Part shown: one piece after another, positions 50,079 to 62,195 of the stretch
How the letters are laid out: each line of letters opens with the position of its first letter
How positions within the stretch are numbered: position 1 is the first letter of the stretch
Assembly: GCA_965644295.1 (NCBI GenBank)
Contig: CBFFRP010000034.1
Location: 1-64,000 of the forward strand
Length of the DNA stretch: 64,000 nt
From: Paraphysomonas bandaiensis
Taxonomy: Eukaryota; Protista; Chrysophyceae
Reading direction: 5' to 3'
The notes under the pieces: model-generated
Databases searched by the model: none
What the model saw: the letters and a program-made list of their open reading frames with translations, nothing else
What the model was told of the DNA's origin: nothing
Translations under genes and position numbers: made by a program

Positions 50079-51047
50079 AAAAGGAATAGTCTGTAGCCGT
50101 TGTCTTTGTCAATATCAAGTATGAATCTCGACATGGTATAGTATTAGTATAATGTATGTGATAATGTTAGTAATAATAATTTTGCAGCTAGTGCTGTGCG
50201 TTAGTGTCTAGATTTCAAGGTTCTCTATCCATTTGTTGGGAATTATGTCATGGGAAATATTATTCAACCTAGTCACACTATTTTGGTGGAATAGCATAGT
50301 CAAAGTAATAAATGACTCAACCTAGTCGTTATTAAATCCATTGATTACACACTGTGACAGTTACGGTACCATCTCACACCACACAATATATTAGTGGCTT
50401 GTGGCTTACATTCAAACATAACAATAAGCTCATATATTTATATCTACTTAACACAGGTGCATATATGTCTATCGAGCCTATCCATAGCTTACAAGTATAC
50501 TGCGATGGGTCCCCTGTCAGTGTTATGGGGAGGAGGGGTCCATGAAGCTGTAGATATATCTTACACTGTGATCTATGATCTGCAATCTGCAGGGCATCTC
50601 GAGATCTTCATATGCTATGAGTGATAGCGCTCATCGATAATTCACCTCGATATATAGAGCGCAGAATATTTGACACGTGATAAACATCAAAAGACTATCT
50701 TTGAAAGAAGCGAGGAAAGAGATAGCTCAGGGTTCAGCTACAACTAACCACATAATAGAATAACTATGTTTACTTTTGAGGTAACGTATGTTTCAGGACA
50801 CTTAACAGTGTAGATATCTCCGAGGAAAATTGTTTCCTAAAATAACATTAATTATTAATTGTTACTATAATGAGTTATCTATGATATCTGAAAAGTCGAT
50901 AACTGAAATTACCAATAATTGAGAAAATTCTAAGAACTTCGACTGCTATTCATTTATACGCGGTATTAAATAATCGTAAATGTAAAGTATTATCTTTGTG
51001 ATTTTGTGTACATTCTCTATTGCACACATATGATGATTTCAGTCTAA

Positions 51048-51713
51048 TCAGTGCCAATATGTAAGCCATTCGTTCATCAAGAAGTTATTCCACTGCTCCC
51101 ATACGTAGTTCGGAAGATATTCCAAGGGTGTCGCACCAAATTTTTCAGATATAAACATGAGGCGAGGGTCATTTCTCAGCAAAAGTCGGGCGATTTCGAA
51201 ATTGGGGACTCCTCGCCAACAGAGGTCATGAAGGGGGGTGCGCCCACAGTCGTCAGCCATGATCACAGCTCCGTTCTCCAAAAGGAAAGTAACAGTCTCC
51301 AAGGAAGACCGCTTGCAAGCTAGGTGTAGTATCGATTCACAGTGTTCGTTGCAGGCTGACATCGAGTAACCTGACCGTTTCAGTTCGGATAGCATATGCA
51401 CATCAGAATTTCTCACAGCAATCAACAATTTCGTATCATAGCTATGACGTTGTTCCTGAGTTGGGGACATTCGATACTGTGATGTCACTCCGCTCCGAGG
51501 AGAGAATGTAAAACCACGACTGCTGAGTAGCATTTGTAAGAACCAATAAGGGTTCTCAAGTTCAATATCAGATGACGTTGATAGATCTTCAGACGAAGTC
51601 TCACTTATGTTATGTGGGTCATAATCAGAAGTGCTACAATAATGCTCGAAGTTATAGGGCTTCTGGCCAACAGTTAGCGACATTCCCACAGATTCTAATG
51701 ATATAATGGACAT
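51048..51713 (-). CDS. Ankyrin-repeat protein (221 aa)
   Basis: ESILHLACKR...VTFLLENGA, GRTPLHDLCW, GATPLEY. Confidence 0.9.
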   Translation of the reverse strand: MSIISLESVGMSLTVGQKPYNFEHYCSTSDYDPHNISETSSEDLSTSSDIELENPYWFLQMLLSSRGFTFSPRSGVTSQYRMSPTQEQRHSYDTKLLIAVRNSDVHMLSELKRSGYSMSACNEHCESILHLACKRSSLETVTFLLENGAVIMADDCGRTPLHDLCWRGVPNFEIARLLLRNDPRLMFISEKFGATPLEYLPNYVWEQWNNFLMNEWLTYWH

Positions 51714-52278
51714 TGTATAGAGTGTAATTGTGATAAGTCAGTACGTTTGATAAGTAGGAGTGTATAATAAGATGCATCATTCGCAAGATATAAACCACGT
51801 AATAGTGTTCCTTGAATAGTATATTGAAGGTTATCTGACAACATACAGACATGTCCATATTATATCTCATATCCTAACCTCTCATGCGTCACTATTGCAT
51901 ACCAACACCATTCCCTCTTCATCGATTTCCAGTTCTTAAGTATGTCATCTGCTGTTACCAGAACTCTCCTCTTCCCCGTTAGTAGAATGAACTGTGCGAT
52001 GTTACCAGGATAAACGGTCGGTTGCCCGGAAGAGATAACCCGGATATACTCTGCCGGGTTGTTGGTTGTTGTACAAGGTTCAACTATACGGATATAATCT
52101 TACCCGTATCCCGGATATATGTAGCCGGTTATTTTATGGCAGATGGTGGACATGATATGCTCCTGTCCATATATATATATATATATACACAGATGCATCC
52201 ATACAACATGCAGCCATGTTGCAACATAGCATTCAACTTAAACTTCTATATGGAATAAAAACAACACCTATTGCAATT

Positions 52279-53975
52279 ATGGAACAAATACAAGATTTTA
52301 CACCTACTCTTAATAAACCTACTGCATCAGGGCAACTAGAACCCCTTCAAGATGCTATTTCAACTGATTTTGAGGGAATATTAGATGAAATGCGCACAGA
52401 GATTGCAACATCTCAAGAAATTAACACACAAGTATATAAAACTCGATTAATATTTCATTAATCTTATATTGATGGGTAGGTTAATGACAGTCTGAGATTG
52501 TCTTCCAATGCTCTGTTCTCTGTTAAGACGGGCGATATTGCCAGTGGACAGGAATCCATTCAGTCAAGCATAACAATATTATCAAACGTATGTATCTCTC
52601 TCATATTGTATGTACTCTTACTAATCTAGATACAAATATGTCCCTTTAGATTTTAAATAAACATTCCAACGCACGAATTGTAAACAGCAGATTTGGGATC
52701 GCTGTGCAGAGTGCTTTGGAAGTTTTGCTTCTTTTGGAATTCTTCGAGCATGGAAGACTTCTCAACATAAACGAAGTAACTCTTTGTACAGATGAGGAGT
52801 ATGTTGGGGCTACTCTTGGTCTTGCATCGGAAATATCGCGTTATTGCGTTACTAGAGCGTGTGAGGTAATCGTCGAACTTTTGTTCAGTGCTATCTCTTA
52901 GTGCAATATCAACAGAACGACCACACATCTGTATTACTATGTAGGGCATTTCTGAATGCGGTAAACGGAAAGATGCTGGAATTTTATTTTCGCAATGGTC
53001 CACTGCGTCGCATGTACGATGGCCTAAAATATGCCTACAAGCGTGTCGAGGATATTATTTTCGATATGAGTATGCTCTGCCCACCAGGTATATTTCGTAG
53101 CAGCATATACAATTTACGAAGTCGATGTATTTACAGCTAAGTATGTAGTGGAGAAAGATAAGTTAGAGCCTGAAACTAAGCGAGCACGTACATCGGGTGC
53201 ATTTGATTTACAGCTGTTTGACTCTCGTGTGTTTTTCGATTCCGAACAACTTGATTCAGTCAAGAGCCGAATGGATGCCTACGATCTCATGAGGGAGACT
53301 GTAATTAAGAAGTCAAGAGACATTCAGAAGTTCTCGAAACAGGCTGTGTTTTCTTTGCACGGTATGAGGAAGGAGGAGGCTAAAAATAAGCTTTCTAAGG
53401 CTCAAGAAATTGCCTTGGAGATACTACCTATTATCACCGACGTAAGAAATTATCTCAATGTGCCATACCGTTAACTAATTCAGCACGAATTATTTGTGTA
53501 ATATGTATAACAGTACCCGACTTTAAGATCTGGATCATTCAGTAACTCTCTCGAAGAGTGGGCGGAAGCACGACTGTTTTTAGAATGGGTGCAACGACAG
53601 GCGGTACTACGAAGGAGTGAATTAGGAGAAGCCCTAGGGCAGCCACTCACTTGTGGAGAGTATATTGGCGCTCTGTCTGATCTGACTGGAGAATTGGGGC
53701 GGGTTGCCGTTGCAGAAGCCTCCAAGCGAAATGTTGAGGCTGTCAGATCAATACATGTTGTCAGTCTGACAATCTCGCGAGCACTGTCGGATCCTACTGT
53801 AACCGGAAAGTTTAACCAGAAGCAGAAAGCTGTGGTCAATAACACGAACAAAGTAGAAGGGCTTATATACGAATTGAGTATGGTACAAAGGGGTGGTCGT
53901 CGGGTTGTAGAGGAATCTCGTGATGGTACTAGCTCAAGCAAGCAAAAGGTAGTAGATGACGAAGATGATGTGTGA
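52279..53975 (+). CDS. Tandem Translin-family protein: translin-like N-terminal domain and TRAX-like C-terminal domain
   Basis: Domain 1: EEYVGATLGLASEISRY and RNGPLRRMYDGLKY...VEDIIFDMS. Domain 2: RETVIKKSRDI, SLEEWAEA, EYIGALSDLTGELGR. Joined in frame by phase-1 intron 53088-53148. Confidence 0.85.
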
Positions 53976-54867
53976 ATTGTTAGCATTAAGTCGAGGTAAT
54001 ACCAAAACCTGGTAAAGCAATTTCACCAGGTTTCATATATAAGTATTGAGTTATTATTTTACTGTAATTTGTATCTGAGAGGTTAAAGATAAAGAAAAAG
54101 TCGCAAGTATAGTTGTTATTAGCAGTATTTATTGCGTTAAAAGTTGGCCCTGCTATTATTACTTGTGTTGGATATTGCATTTCATATAGTGCTGTATTTA
54201 GCTGTCCCGTACTGTAACAGAGCTGTGAAAATGCAGCCAAGCTTGAGCATTCGCTGTAAGTTAACAAATGACATCTATTGACGTATAAAGCGAATCAACT
54301 AGGAGAATTTCTCAATTATACTGGCTAAAAATATATACTTTTCTCTACAGCCAAAGCGTTCTGTTCATCTACTAAGCGTTGACTCGTTACCATCTGAATT
54401 AAGTTCAAACAAGACTGACTAGAAATAGAGTGAGATTGAGAAGAAAAACAGAACGAGTTCTACTATATACTATATTAGTTTAGAAGAGGACATTTAGACG
54501 TTTAGTTTATTCGTAACTGTAATAGAACTAAATTCAAGGCTAGGGTGAGCACGATATATATAAAGGGATACAGAAATTGTTGAATACAGAAAAACGTAAG
54601 AGATACTACTGTAATTAACTAATTAATAAGCAATAAGCAATACTACTGAACGACTAACATAATACTACTACCTTGCGCACAGGAAAACATAAACTTAAAT
54701 TCTTTCCTAGCTATTAGTCTGTGTAAAGAGTTCGCTTCATCTTAGTATTATCACTGCGAAACGGTAAAATTATCACGAGATACTTTCTTAGAATCGAGCA
54801 GTGTGTGAGTGATTCAACTTCTAATCAATACATTTATTTTATATACAACAGAATATTATTAGGGAAA

Positions 54868-57620
54868 TCATTGTAAATTGTTCCAGATTGATCTAATCTT
54901 CCTAGCCCTTCGTTTTTCCTTCTTCATAAACACTGATACTCTTTTGCGTTGATATAGTATACTCTTTCGAAACTGTTGTGGAACTACATCTTCAGGTCCA
55001 AATTTAGTCATTAAATCATTCAGGACCTGAGACAATGCACTATTTAGGCCACTTCTCCGAAGTGCTTCTACCAAGAGACGACCTTCCTGTACAGAATAGA
55101 GATAGCACACACAGCCTGAGTTAGTATTAAAATCATCACCCAGACTAATGTTTTCCACACCAACAACTATCGACGGAAATATTTCAACGGGTGGGCAATA
55201 CATATTTTCACTGTAAAAGTTCGTAAAGAGTTTTATGATTTCAGCACAACATTTCCCAACCATAGTGTCATGAAATTTCGTTGCAGACATGAGCGCTACT
55301 AGCCACTCCACTGCCATTAGTCGAATCAGAATATACTCTTTCCAACTCGTAAAACAATAGCCCCTGAAGCTACAAATGCAGCATGTTATCCATTTGAGCA
55401 CTTCAACACAAATAGTACAATTGCATGTTGTCGGTGGATGGATTACTTTAGCTTTCTTACAGGGAGGAAGCTGGTTTTCACTAGACATATCAGCAAATCT
55501 AGTGCAAAGTTGAGAGCACTCCAATGCTATCATTCTTCTGACAATCCATCGCATTGATAAAAACACACCCCAGTCATTGCAGGACAACTCCATCAAAGAA
55601 GCAACACATGACAATGAAAGTTCCGGAGTGCACCCTGTCTGTGACGTCATTAAGTGCCGCAGTGTAGACAAATCACTAGGGCCAAATGATTCAGAATTGA
55701 GAGCCAAAGTGAATCGCTGTACTTCCACTTCACGAGGAATACTCGTCAGTGGGGCTAACATTGATATCACCGAAAAATCGGATCCAATCAATGGTGAGCA
55801 AGACGATTTTATAGGCATGCATCCACATATCTGTATTCCCTATTACATCTATGATATTTAAGTACACAATTCAAACCTCATAGAATGCCGAAGTAACGCC
55901 TGCTGCAGATACAGGTAGAGCCACAGCTTCTTGCACTGGAGAAATAAACGGTGGGTCAAACCATCGCGCAATACCACATACACCACTACAATCTCCAGAT
56001 TCAGATAAAGAATCTATCATAGTTCCCTAAAACTATGTCATTGTAGCACCAAATATAACACTCTTGTATAATACCTGCCAGCGGCTATCATCGTGCGACA
56101 TAAAACAATCTAATGACTAATCATAAATACTTGCAACAAAATAAACCATCCATTATTATACCTCCTACAATGAGTCCAAAGTGTTTGCAGTCTTTAAATA
56201 AACCTCGTATTTGCTGTATATACATCATCAGAGAGGTAAAAGTGTTTTAAAATAAGCACCTCCAGCGCAGCACAGGCTGCAACTGGTACAGCATGTACAC
56301 CACAGCCGCCCGCAGTTTTCTTCATTCTACGTAGCAGTTTTGTCTTCGTGTCACTGCTCGAAGTAGAATTACGCAGCGATCTCAGCCCAGCCTTGCGTAA
56401 CACAGCAGCTGGACTGCAATCATTTGTGGACTCATTATAGATACCAACTTCTAAGTCTGTCCCATTTGTTGTCGTCGCAACAATGTCGACTGCGGGACTA
56501 TTATAACTATTTGTTCAATATAAGGCGCGCAATATACACCTGGAAAAGAATCAAAGGCGTAGTTTGCAACGACTACGACCATATCCCAATGCAAGCAGCC
56601 ATTCGGAATACAACCACCTAGTCGCGCTCATATTATCAAATAGCACATAACAAAGGGATAGCGGTCATTCACAACCACTGCTACCTGAGTGTAGTAATCG
56701 CATTTCTGGTTTATCAGTAGGCACTGCGGATGCGCGAAAAGTTGCAAAATCGAGATATCTCTTGTCACACAGCTCACTGTGTTGAAAATCGATAGTGTTA
56801 GTTAAAACGAAGTAAAACGTTTGACGATCACTATATTGGCTACATCATTCACAATCGTACAAACGAAATCGTACCTGAACCACGGGAGATGTAGAAGATC
56901 CTTAAAGACTGAGTCATGAAAGTCAGTACAGATCGCCATACTTTCACCCCAACGCCTCTGTACATGAAATAATATAAAGTCTCGTAAAATATATATAGCT
57001 GGGTACACTCAATAAGCGAAAATAGTACATTCGTTAAGTGCAGATATTTACATGAAATAACATACACGAGAAATCTCCTCAGCTATATAATAAGAAAGAA
57101 TCCCGTGTCCTGCGCCAATCTCAACAATACATATAGAAGGAGGCCCCCTGGATACCATCTTCCACATAGATTGAATCTCCTCTACGTACATATTAGCTAC
57201 AAATCGATTGCTGGATACTTCAAATGGTACATCATTACTATTCCATGCATCTAACTGAGATCGAGAGTAGTATGAGTTTTGCATCGACCATATTCTAGAA
57301 TTAGAAAACGACGTGAACTGATCCTCTGTATGTGTATTAGTCTTATATAAATGAAGAGGGTTTGGTATGGTGTTTGAAGTAGAAGGCTTGTTATCTACTA
57401 ATCCATCCAATAGTGCAAACTCTCTCATGAAATACAGTCTATCTGTAGGTGATAATGTGTTAAGGTAGAGTAGTAACTTACGGCGTAGTTTAGTATCATT
57501 GATAATGAATTCTGCCCCTATACGATGTAGTCTATAGCACATAATCACTACTTGTAGTGGACTGTTGCATGTTATGCAGTGGGAGATTAGATATTGGATG
57601 ATCTCGAGAGAGGGATTCAT
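54868..57620 (-). CDS. SAM-dependent methyltransferase-like protein (MidA/Methyltransf_28-like), multi-exon; inclusion of the long last exon is inferred
   Basis: SRIWSMQNSYY...AW...VPFEVSSNRFVA, ICIVEIGAGHG (motif I), AICTDF, VVVANYAFDSFP. Confidence 0.65.
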
Positions 57621-57840
57621 AGAGAAGAGAGATTATTCATGAATGGATGAGAAGTTACTTGTGTATGCACTGTGGTGTGGTATGAGATGTTATACAATGG
57701 GGCACTGATGGGGTGTATAGCCATAGCACGAGTCGTTTAACAGCATGGATGGTTTGATTGATACCCACCCCAGTCAACAGTCCAGTGTAGATATGCTGTA
57801 CAACTGTAGTCCGATACCTACAACCTGCTTTGTACCTACA

Positions 57841-58227
57841 TGTACCTACCTACCTACCTACATACATACATACATACATACATACATACATACATACATA
57901 CATACATACATACGTACATACATTCGTACATACATACATACATACATACATACATACATACATACATACATACATACATACATACATACATACATACATA
58001 CATACATACATACATACATACATACATACATACATACATACATACATACATACATACATACATACATACATACATACATACATACATACATACATACATA
58101 CATACATACATACATACATACATACATACATACATACATACATACATACATACATACATACATACATACATACATACATACATACATACATACATACATA
58201 CATACATACATACATACATACATACAC
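57841..58227. repeat. (TACC)4-(TACA)~90 microsatellite
   Basis: Seen directly; a few variant units at ~57911-57928. Confidence 0.98.
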
Positions 58228-58459
58228 AGGACCGTAGTCCATAGTGTCGTATATTTTCCAGTGTGTATCGACCACCCATCTGCCTGTGAATCTACAGCAT
58301 ACTACAGTCATATCCTGCACATGCATCTCTTGCACAGCAACACATACATATACACATACATACATATACACATACATTCATACCACTCTCTCAATCATTC
58401 TCTACTTACATTACAGTCACTGGTACTTGGTGTTACCCTCTTCATATTAGATCGTTAGA

Positions 58460-59781
58460 ATGGGTGTGTTTACCTTATTACCTGTAGTGGGTGCCGTATT
58501 ATTAGGGATTAAACTCTCCTATGTATTGTCACCACAAAATCCTGTGAATGAATTAAAGTGTTGGTCAATACAATTTTTGGATTCATTTTTAGTACCAAAT
58601 GATATATGGATAATGCGACCATATCATGAAGCATGTACAGAGGCACTCATGAAAGAGTTTCCTAAAGGTACATCATGGGACACTGTCGCATCGATTGTAG
58701 AGCTCACTCCTGAAAACATGACTGAGTATTTCAGCAATAGCGAAGTTCTTGATGTCCCATTTGTAATCCGCGGATTTCTTAATCAGTCAAACACTGTGTT
58801 TGATTTAACAAAGTATGCTGATGTTAATCATCTTCGCGAATCCGTAAATGGAACTTATGAGTACAACTTCGATGCCAACGACCATGCTGAAAAGTTGACT
58901 CTGCCGGATGCCATCGATAAAATGCTTGGAGGTCATGGACTGTATATGAAGTTCAATCGTGATTTCACTATCAATGAACCAGTTATAGCGAATGCCGTGG
59001 ACGCAGCCACAGCTAAGTTGGTCGAACTTGGCGGCCCAGTTGTTAAGGAGGCACTTGCCGACGCATGGAAAGTCACCTTTATGACAATTGGATCTCAGAT
59101 GAATACCAAGATACATAATGCTATGTCAGCTAACTGGTTTTTCCAAATCGCTGGTATTAAGGACTGGAAGATTTACGATCCCCGCCACTCCATTTACCTG
59201 CAGCCTTACAACCTCCCCAATGCCATTGCATCGGCTTCATCCTTTGACACATCTTTCCCACAGGGCCCACCATACATTGCCACTCGCACAAATCCTGGAG
59301 ACTTCCTTTACTTCCCCTCATTCTGGTTGCATGAGGTTGACAACTATGGTCCTGGCCTCAAGCTTGCCATTGGATTAAGACCTTCTATTCAAGGTAAATT
59401 TCTCTACACTCATGCGCTTAACGTTTGTGTTATATGTCATATTTCCCCAAACTAACTGTGTGTGTAGCTGTGCAGCATATGTGGAAGACTGCCTTACTCC
59501 CCTTTTACGAGAACCCGAAAGGCACGACTGGCTTGGCTCTGTGCCATCTTGGACCGTCTCTGAAGCTCATTGCTGACCTGACTGCGGCTAAATTCAGTGC
59601 CAAATGGAAAGCTGCCTTTGGCGAGACAGATCCCTTACAGGCAAATGATGTAGAGGTGTTCCAGTCAGAGAAGGATGGACGTGGAACGGATTGGTGGGTA
59701 AAGTCAAGCTCGAAGCGGTACAAACAAAAAAATGCCGGAGATCAGACAATTGATGAAATGACTGCGAATATTAACTTCTGA
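58460..59781 (+). CDS. JmjC/Cupin_8-like Fe(II)/2-oxoglutarate oxygenase-fold protein with N-terminal signal or anchor; intron 59394-59467
   Basis: VPFVIRG, TKIHNA...NWFFQIAGIKDWKIYDP, PGDFLYFPSFWLHEVDN; hydrophobic N-terminus. Confidence 0.88.
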
Positions 59782-60884
59782 GTAACTGTTGAATAAACAT
59801 CAGCTGTTGAACACATAGTCATGACTCTAGTCGCAGCGAAGTTATCTTAACAGTTACAAGTCTTTTTGTCACTCACTTGATTTCTTGCGGTATTGATGTA
59901 ATTTTTTAGTTTACATAATGGTGAGATGTCAACTAATAGGACTTCAATTGTTGGTATCATAAAAATGAGCACTTTCAAAAAATATGATTTTTATATCTAT
60001 TTTGATTTCGTTTGATAGTATTTTGCGACCACTCTTTAAGAAAGCAAAAAGCTCTGATGAGAGAAAAATACATTAGTGTTGTATCGTAAAAAATTCGGGA
60101 TATCGGAGCTATTGATTAAAGGTGGAATCCGTATGATAATGACTATAGTGAATGTGCAATACGCGTGTAAGAATCAAAACTAATGTAACATTGCAATTTA
60201 GAATTTAAATGACTAGTGCTTAACTCTGATATCCTACTGCATTTAGCGCTACTAAAACTGCCTTGTGCGTCACCACTTGCGTTCTATCACTCAAAGAAAA
60301 CGCAGTGAGCAAGCAAAACGTTGATTTACCTGGCAGCTGCTGACTTCAGGTTATGATTATGACGCTATACCTTAAACAGTAATACATATTGTATATAGTA
60401 TACCTGGGAAGAGCTAGCCAAAACTATAGTGGTGATGAACTTTGCAATAAACGGAATCCATTAGTAGTATTGAGACTATTTATTATTTACCGCTTGCAAT
60501 ATATTGTAATCAACCTTTTCCGCGGTAATTACTATTTCACATCAGCAACACAATATTTTTAGTGTAAACTATATGTTGTTGCTTGGTGAAGGATGATGCT
60601 TCAAAACTTTTGAAGCTTAATACAATCTAATTATCTGCACCACGTCAATGGAGTAAGCACAAATAAATTCATCAAGTAGTATGTGCTCTCAATACGTCGT
60701 GCCTATAATTTTGATGGAAAACTATCGTTGTTACATTGATTCGTATGTCAGTGATATTATTATAACTGCATCTACAGATCTTGATTGCTCTGTCGAGATT
60801 AAGCAGTAAGCTAACATATGCATCTTGTTGGTTGTCAATTTACCTATTTATTTATCGTATTCAGTGCGAGTAGTTTTGCTCTAC

Positions 60885-61040
60885 ATGTATGTATTCAGTG
60901 ATGCCGACTGGGCTGGCGACATACTTTCTGAGACGTTCCACTACTGGAAATATGTAGTCGAAGTCCGAATATACGGCTGAGTATGGAGTATGTAGTTATT
61001 CAAGAATTGGCGTGACTACGAGGAGGTTTCGAGAGCTGAG
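60885..61040 (+). mobile_element. Decayed Copia RNase H fragment
   Basis: VFSDADWAGD then a frameshift, RRSTTG, and later IQELA*LR. Confidence 0.8.
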
Positions 61041-61217
61041 ACTTACATAATTGAGAGATAAATCTATTATTTATGAATACAAAGGGTAAAACGAGACTTG
61101 TTGGACAACCAGTTTACTACAACTGATCATATTAAAATATATTGAAATATGCAGTATCATTGAGTACGTGAGCAGTTGTGAACGGCAGACTTCCAACAAA
61201 AACATATTATTATTCGT

Positions 61218-61867
61218 CATGGCTGCGAAAAAATTAATTGAAATGCAATTAGTTGTAGTTAATGGCAATAATTAATTGTAATTGCTATTAAATTGCATGG
61301 AATATACGTAACAATTGCAATTATAATTGCTCGCTGGAAGGTTGTAATTAAATTGCAATTAATGGGCAATTATTACTATATATAGATATAGTATAAGAAG
61401 AACATAATATTAGAATTAGTACTTGGAAAACATTAAAGACGATGGCCATTTATACTAGCCATCACCTTGGTGCGGATGCGGACGTAATTACGAATCAGAC
61501 CTTCGAAAATGCTGCTGATTGGAGAACACTCTCACTCGACCTGAAAAGGCAAGAACAAAAGCGACCACGTACTACCAAACCAACTAAGTGCCACTGCTTA
61601 AAGTACTCCACTACTAATTGTGTAGAAAGGCTTTTCAGTAGAGAAAAAATCAACTTGCGTGATCTGCGCAAATCTACGGCACCTCATCGATTAGAGGCAG
61701 ACTTCTTGCGCTTAAGTAAGACTTCTGTGGAATGCAAGTACGGTTGAAGATGGTATTCGTGTTAGTAATGAGTAGCTAATTTAAATAGACATTAATTGGC
61801 AATTGATTGCAATTATAATTGCGCGAGCTATAACTCATAATTGCAATTTAATTGTTACGCAGCCCTG
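61218..61867 (+). mobile_element. 650-bp internally deleted hAT-like element
   Basis: Imperfect 18-bp TIRs (CATGGCTGCGAAAAAATT / CAGGGCTGCGTAACAATT, 15/18); degenerate 8-bp TSD TTATTCGT/TTATCCAT (6/8); AATTGCAATT subterminal repeats; TTNCVERLFSR...DLRKS..PHRLE fragment. Confidence 0.8.
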
Positions 61868-62195
61868 TTATCCATACTCAATACTAATTATCAATAAATA
61901 ATAAATTAAAATGTAAACATTATTTTAATGTAAGGGCTCGTCTGTGAGTGACTATAATATTTTGCCTTCTGATATATAGCCAAATTTATCCTTCAGTTTC
62001 CGATACAGGATCTATTGTAAAACGACTTGCTTGAAGTCATAACTGTAAATATTTCGTATGGCATCCAAGACAAAGCTAAAGTATATTACTGGACTACTGG
62101 TAAGTGGGTCCACTTACTTTATTACCACAATGCTCAGCACATCCGAATAAAGTCTCTAATATTACAGCAATTTTACAAACATAGTACTTAATACA

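Noticed and set aside
49799-50134. Phe/Ser-rich membrane-like ORF
   Set aside because: Antisense of the Lys/Glu-rich G-patch tail.
57745-58458. ORFs encoding (YIHT)n or (MYVC)n here and at 8769-9185
   Set aside because: Translations of a stop-free tetranucleotide microsatellite, open in most frames.
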